Positions 51,676 to 64,000 of a stretch of DNA of 64,000 bases are shown piece by piece. The stretch comes from Eimeria praecox (lineage: Eukaryota), in contig OY986946.1 of NCBI GenBank assembly GCA_963920595.1, positions 8,184,001 to 8,248,000 on the forward strand. The letters run 5' to 3'. A program made the translations under genes and the position numbers. Each line of letters starts with the position of its first letter. Within the stretch, counting starts at the first letter, position 1. The notes under the pieces were generated by a model, which was not told where the DNA came from, did no database searches, and saw only the letters and a program-made list of their open reading frames with translations.

Positions 51676-52164
51676 TATTATATGCAGCATGAGACAAGTG
51701 GGGACACTTAATAACAGCAGAAGGAAGGGAGGGAAGGAATCTGGCAGCAGAGAGACAGAGGGACGGAGACAGAGATAGAGACAGAGAGAGAAAGAGATAG
51801 AGACAGAGAGATAGAGACAAAGAGAGAGAGACAGAGAGATCTGTTTAATTGTGTTTATTTATTTATGTCCTCGATTATCTTCTTCTTGTTTGGCTTGCTT
51901 GCCGTTGATAGTCGATGTGGGGTTGTTGAGGTGTATATCTGCTGCTGTGCAGCAGACACCGCAGCCCCTATGATATTTTATCTTGTTTTGTCTTGTCTTG
52001 GCTGTTTTGTTGTCTTGTTGGCCTCCGTCATCAGAGTTTGGGGCTTTCTCTGCATGCATGCATGCACTTTGGCATTTTACGGAAGAGAAGGAAGGGAGGG
52101 TTCTTCCTCTCTCGTCGGTGTCTTCGTTTTTGTTGCTCTTGATGCCCCTCCAGATTTGCCCTCT

Positions 52165-52705
52165 GGGGTGTACGTACACCTCAATGCGGTGTACGTACAC
52201 CCCAATGGGGTTGTGTATGTACACCCCTGTGGGGTGTACGCTTGGCTCAGTGGGGTGTACTGGGGTGGACGTACACCTTCTTGGGGTGTATGGACACCTC
52301 CTTGCGATGTATGCACACCTTCTTGGGGTGTATGCACACCTTCTTGGGGTGTATGCACACCTTCTTGGGGTGTATGCACGCCTTCTTGGGGTGTATGCAC
52401 GCCTTCTTGGGGTGTATGCACACCTTGAGGTGTATGTACACTTTCTTGTGGTGTATGCACACCTTGAGGTGTATGTACACCTTCTTGGGGTGCATGCTCA
52501 CCTTCCTGGGGTTTGTAACTGGACCTTGGTGTGTGTGTACATCTTCTTTGGGTGTATGTGCATTTTCTTTGGGTGTATGTACACCTTCTTGGGGTGTATG
52601 GGCACCTTCTTGAGGTGTATGTACAGCTTCCACCTTCTTGAGGTGTATGTACAGCTTCCACCTTCTTGGGGTGTATGTACACGTTCTTAAGGTGTAGTGT
52701 ATATA
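52165..52705. repeat. Minisatellite of ~19-22-bp units built on palindromic GGTGTAYRYACACC
   Basis: Consensus GGGGTGTATGCACACCTTCTT. Copies are homogeneous around 52305-52425 and diverge on both flanks. Confidence 0.92.
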
Positions 52706-52978
52706 CAGGGGGCTTGTTGCACCGGGGCCTTTGGAGTTGATAATATATTAGGGAGGGGCGAAGGACGGTGTGTGGTAGAGAGGAGAAATGGGTTTATGTG
52801 TGATGCTTATATCGAGCAAGTGTCTCCTTTGTTATCGAGTAAGTGTCTCCTTTGTTTATGTTTTCTTCTTGAGGTGTCTGTACACTGTATCCTCAGCAGC
52901 CCTCACGGCTTCGCCGATGGATGACAGTAGAGACACCCGAGATTAGAGATTAAATAACCCAACTCGGATTCGCATGCA

Positions 52979-53533
52979 TAGCTAGCTGAGGCTTAACGGC
53001 TAGCTAGCTGAGGCTTAACAGATGGCTAGTTCTTACTTAATTGTTAGATAGCTTATGGTAGATAGCTAGCTGGTTGTAGCTAGCTACCCTGTTGTAGCTA
53101 GCTAGCTTATTGTAGCTAGCTAGCTGACACTTCCCAGCTAGCTAGTTGAGGCTTACTAGCTAGCTAGCTAGCTAGTTGAGGCTTACTAGCTAGCTAGCTA
53201 GCTAGTTGACACTTTGCTGGATAACTAGCTAGCTGGCCTTTGCCCTTTAGCTAGCTGCTGTCTGATAACTAGCTGATGCTTGGTAGCTAGTTGATGCTCC
53301 CTCTAGCTAGCTAGCTAGCTAGCTAGCTAGCTAGCTAGCTAGCTAGCTAGCTAGCTGATAGAGTGCTAGACAGCTAAGTGGCAGAGTAGAAGCCTCCGTA
53401 GCGGCTGTTGTGGGGGGGCCGCTGCTGAGCAGCCCTCGGCTGAGCTAGCCAATCCTTGGCTAGCTGGATAGCTAGCTGGGTGATTAGCTAGCTAGCTGGG
53501 TGATTAGCTAGCTAGCTAGCTAGCTAGCTAGCT
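52979..53533. repeat. (TAGC)n self-complementary tetranucleotide repeat region
   Basis: Pure (TAGC)n runs (e.g. ~53303-53356 and ~53506-53533) interspersed with short duplicated linkers (GAGGCTTAC, GGGTGAT). Confidence 0.93.
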
Positions 53534-53835
53534 GGACGCTACCCTCGTTTCTGTGTCTTCGCCCTATGCAACAGGTTTCGCTGATGCAGGAGAGTCTGTC
53601 TCTTACAGCATTTAAACACATTAATTAAACTGTGGAGTATGAGAGGAGAAGGAGGAGGGAGCAGCAGGTAGAATGGTGGAGCTGTCTGTACACCTCAGCC
53701 TTTCCTCCTTATTAATATTCTCTTTCTTTTTCTTCTTCCTCTCCAAATACAGAGAAAGTGAACACCACAGAGAATTCGGGTGTATGGGCACCTCATTAGC
53801 TGTAAGTATTACTTCTGCTTCTTCCTGCTGCTGCT

Positions 53836-53870
<35 letters not shown>

Positions 53871-54132
53871 GTGTATGCACAGTGGACTGTGCTGCTTCAT
53901 TCTATTTGCTAGATATGCAGGAGGACGCTAAAGCTGTCTGTCTCTTCTTCCTGTCTCTTCTATTTCTTTTCTGTCTCTTCTCTTTCATTTTATTTGTCTC
54001 TTCTTCTTATCTGTCTCTCTCTTCTCCTTATTTATTTATTATTTATTTATTTTCTCTTCCCCCTACTTTCTGCTTGTCGTGAGGAGCGGCTGTCTTCTCT
54101 TCGTCCCCCCTCCATGCAGATTAAAACAACAA

Positions 54133-54186
<54 letters not shown>

Positions 54187-54245
54187 CTATTAATAATATA
54201 TTATTAATACTATATATTACTAATAATTATAATTAGTACTTTGTG

Positions 54246-54291
<46 letters not shown>

Positions 54292-54369
54292 TGTCTCGCA
54301 GCCTCTCCTTATATCATACATACACCACAATCTGCGGTGTATGCTGACCCCCTCCCTGATTGATGTTGC

Positions 54370-54432
<63 letters not shown>

Positions 54433-55058
54433 AACATATTGTTAGGACGCCCTCTGTCTTATTTCTTCTGTCTCCGCCTTCCCTTTCTTTCTTTTCTCTC
54501 GTTTATATTATTTCTAAGAATATTTATATATTTAAATCTTCGTCTTCTTCTTCAGCTGTCTGCAGCAACTGTTAACTCTGTCTCTGCTTCTGTATTTGTC
54601 TCTATATCTGTCTCTGTCTCTGTCTCTGTTTCTATCTCTGTCTCTTGTGTCTGTCTGTCTCCTGTCTGTCTCTGTATCTGCCTGTCTCCTGTCTCTGTAT
54701 CTGTCTGTCTCCTGTCTCTCTGTATCTGTCTCTGTTTTTCTGTTTTTATATATTTCTCTCTCTTTCTCTCTCTCTCTCTTTCATCTGTCTGTACACTCGA
54801 ACAAAACCCGAGGGTTTAATATACACTTAATCAATATGTCTGCTGCAGACAGCAGCAGCAGCACAGGTGTCTCCTTTCTTCAAGCAGCTGCTGCAGCAGC
54901 AACCGCAGCAGCCGCCGCCGCCGCAGCAACAGCCACCGCAGCTGCAGCAGCAGCTGCAGCAGCAGCAGCCGCTGCCGCCGCAGCACCAGCCACCGCAGCA
55001 GCAGCAGCAGCAGCAGCTGCTGCTGCTGCTGCAGCAGCAGCAGCACAGGTGTCTCCTT

Positions 55059-62358
<7,300 letters not shown>

Positions 62359-62370
62359 CGCCTCTGCTGC

Positions 62371-62402
<32 letters not shown>

Positions 62403-62412
62403 TTGCTGCTGT

Positions 62413-62444
<32 letters not shown>

Positions 62445-62683
62445 TTGCTGCAGCCGCTGCCCCTTCTGCCGCTGCGGCTGATGCGCTTGCTGCGGTGCTG
62501 CTGCTGCTGTTGTTTCTTCGAGTGTTGCTGCTGCTGCTGCTGCTCCTGTTGCTGCTGCTGCTGCCGCTCTGTTCGCTGCGGTTGTGCTGCTGCTGCTGCA
62601 GCAGCAGCAGCAGACTTCGCAGCCGCTGCTGCTCTACCTGTTGTTATAATCTCTCTCTCTCTCCCTCTCTCTCTCTCTCTACC

Positions 62684-62714
<31 letters not shown>

Positions 62715-63025
62715 GTCTCTCTCTGTCTCTGTCTCTGTTCGAGTTGCACTCTCTAATTATTGTTTGTCTTTCGTATCTAAACAGAAAGAAGAAAGAAAGA
62801 CATAATATACAGCAGAAGAAAGAAGCAAGAGAAGCAGCAGCAGCAGCTACCAGCAGCAGCAGCTAGCAGCAGCAGCAGCTAGCAGCAGCAGCAGCTAGCA
62901 GCAGCAGAACTACAGCGATTCGCTCCAAGAGAAGAAACAACTGATACAGCTGAAGGCATCGCTGTTACTACACAAAGAAGACGCAGCACCTGCTGCTGCT
63001 GCTGCTGTTGCTGCTGCTGTTGCGG

Positions 63026-63057
<32 letters not shown>

Positions 63058-63192
63058 TTGCTGCTGCTGCTGTTGCTGTTGCTATTGCTGTTGCTGCTGA
63101 GGTGCTGCTGCTGCTGCGGTGCTGCTGCTGCTGTTCCCGCTGATGCCTGGCCGGTGTTGTTGACGATGAAGGGTGTAGCTGCTGCAGCAGAT

Positions 63193-63225
<33 letters not shown>

Positions 63226-63597
63226 TGCAGCAGCAGCTGCTGCTGCTGCAGTGTGTAGGCAGTCCAGAATCAGCAGCAGCAGGCGCGAGCGTCTTCTGCT
63301 TTTGTTTGTTTTAAATTGTGTTTTCTTTGTTTGTATTTAAATAATTAAATAGAAATATATAAAATATAAGAAGGGCTAAATAAAAACCTTCTCAAGCAAT
63401 TACAAAGGAGGCCCCGAAGCAGCAGCAGCAGCTGCTGCTGCTGCTGCTGCAGCTGCTGCAGCAGCAGCAGCAGCAGCAGATGACAGTGTACGTACACCTG
63501 AAACCGGTGTAGACCCTCAGGCAGAAAGAAGACAACAGCTGAAGCACAGCAGCTGCTGCCTTAGACTATCAAAGCAGCAGCAGCAGCAACAACAACA

Positions 63598-63632
<35 letters not shown>

Positions 63633-63640
63633 TTACGTTA

Positions 63641-63672
<32 letters not shown>

Positions 63673-64000
63673 TCTAAGCCAAGGCCTAAGCTCCAACTGA
63701 AGCCCACAGATATTAATACGCTGCTTTTATTGTTTAGAAATAAATTATAAGACACACAGTTAGTGTCTGCTGCTGCTGCTGCTGCTGCGGCTGCTGCTGC
63801 TGCTGCTGCTGTTGCATACAGCCCCGCGGCTGCTGCTGCTGCAGCTGTGGCTTCTTTCTTGGGTTTTTACGTCTTCGAAATATTATTAAATTAATTAAAT
63901 TTATTTTTAAATAATATTTAAATGCAAATTATATACATCAAACAAACATAACACTTACTTAACAGCACAGCAACAACAGCAACAGCTGCCTATACACCCG

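Noticed and set aside
51865..52690. ORFs encoding GVCTPSW / GVHTPQE repeats
   Set aside because: Several frames on both strands are open because of the repeat, and there is no independent coding evidence.
52165..52705. CRISPR-like array (palindromic repeats at regular spacing)
   Set aside because: There are no unique spacers and no cas genes, the units are directly abutting and degenerate, and the context is eukaryotic. It is a minisatellite.

Overview
This is eukaryotic, intron-containing DNA from a coccidian parasite, most likely Eimeria. The evidence is dense CAG/CTG tracts in exons and introns, interstitial AAACCCT telomere-like repeats, TGCATGCA octamers, and alternating repeat-rich and repeat-poor segments (about 1-7 kb rich, 7-47.7 kb poor, 47.7-64 kb rich). 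Genes reconstructed by hand-splicing: a 5'-truncated exportin-T-like gene, SEC11 signal peptidase, a small putative secreted protein, RNase H2 subunit C, a 9-exon GILT-family thiol reductase (largely invisible in the ORF track), a GDT1/TMEM165 transporter, two intronless paralogues sharing a TM + 'SSRALAG' motif, a charged secreted protein, an intronless divergent cyclin, and a repeat-inflated PP2A scaffold (PR65/A)-like gene. The repeat-poor segment holds at least three, probably four, degraded Ty3/gypsy remnants. The most unusual signals are a dispersed palindromic GGTGTAYRTACACC element that also forms an array and occurs inside coding exons, the RxL-motif paralogue pair, the cyclin, the GILT, and an intron bracketed by inverted telomeric repeats. 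All identifications come from motif recognition by eye with no database searches. Splice coordinates are manual predictions.
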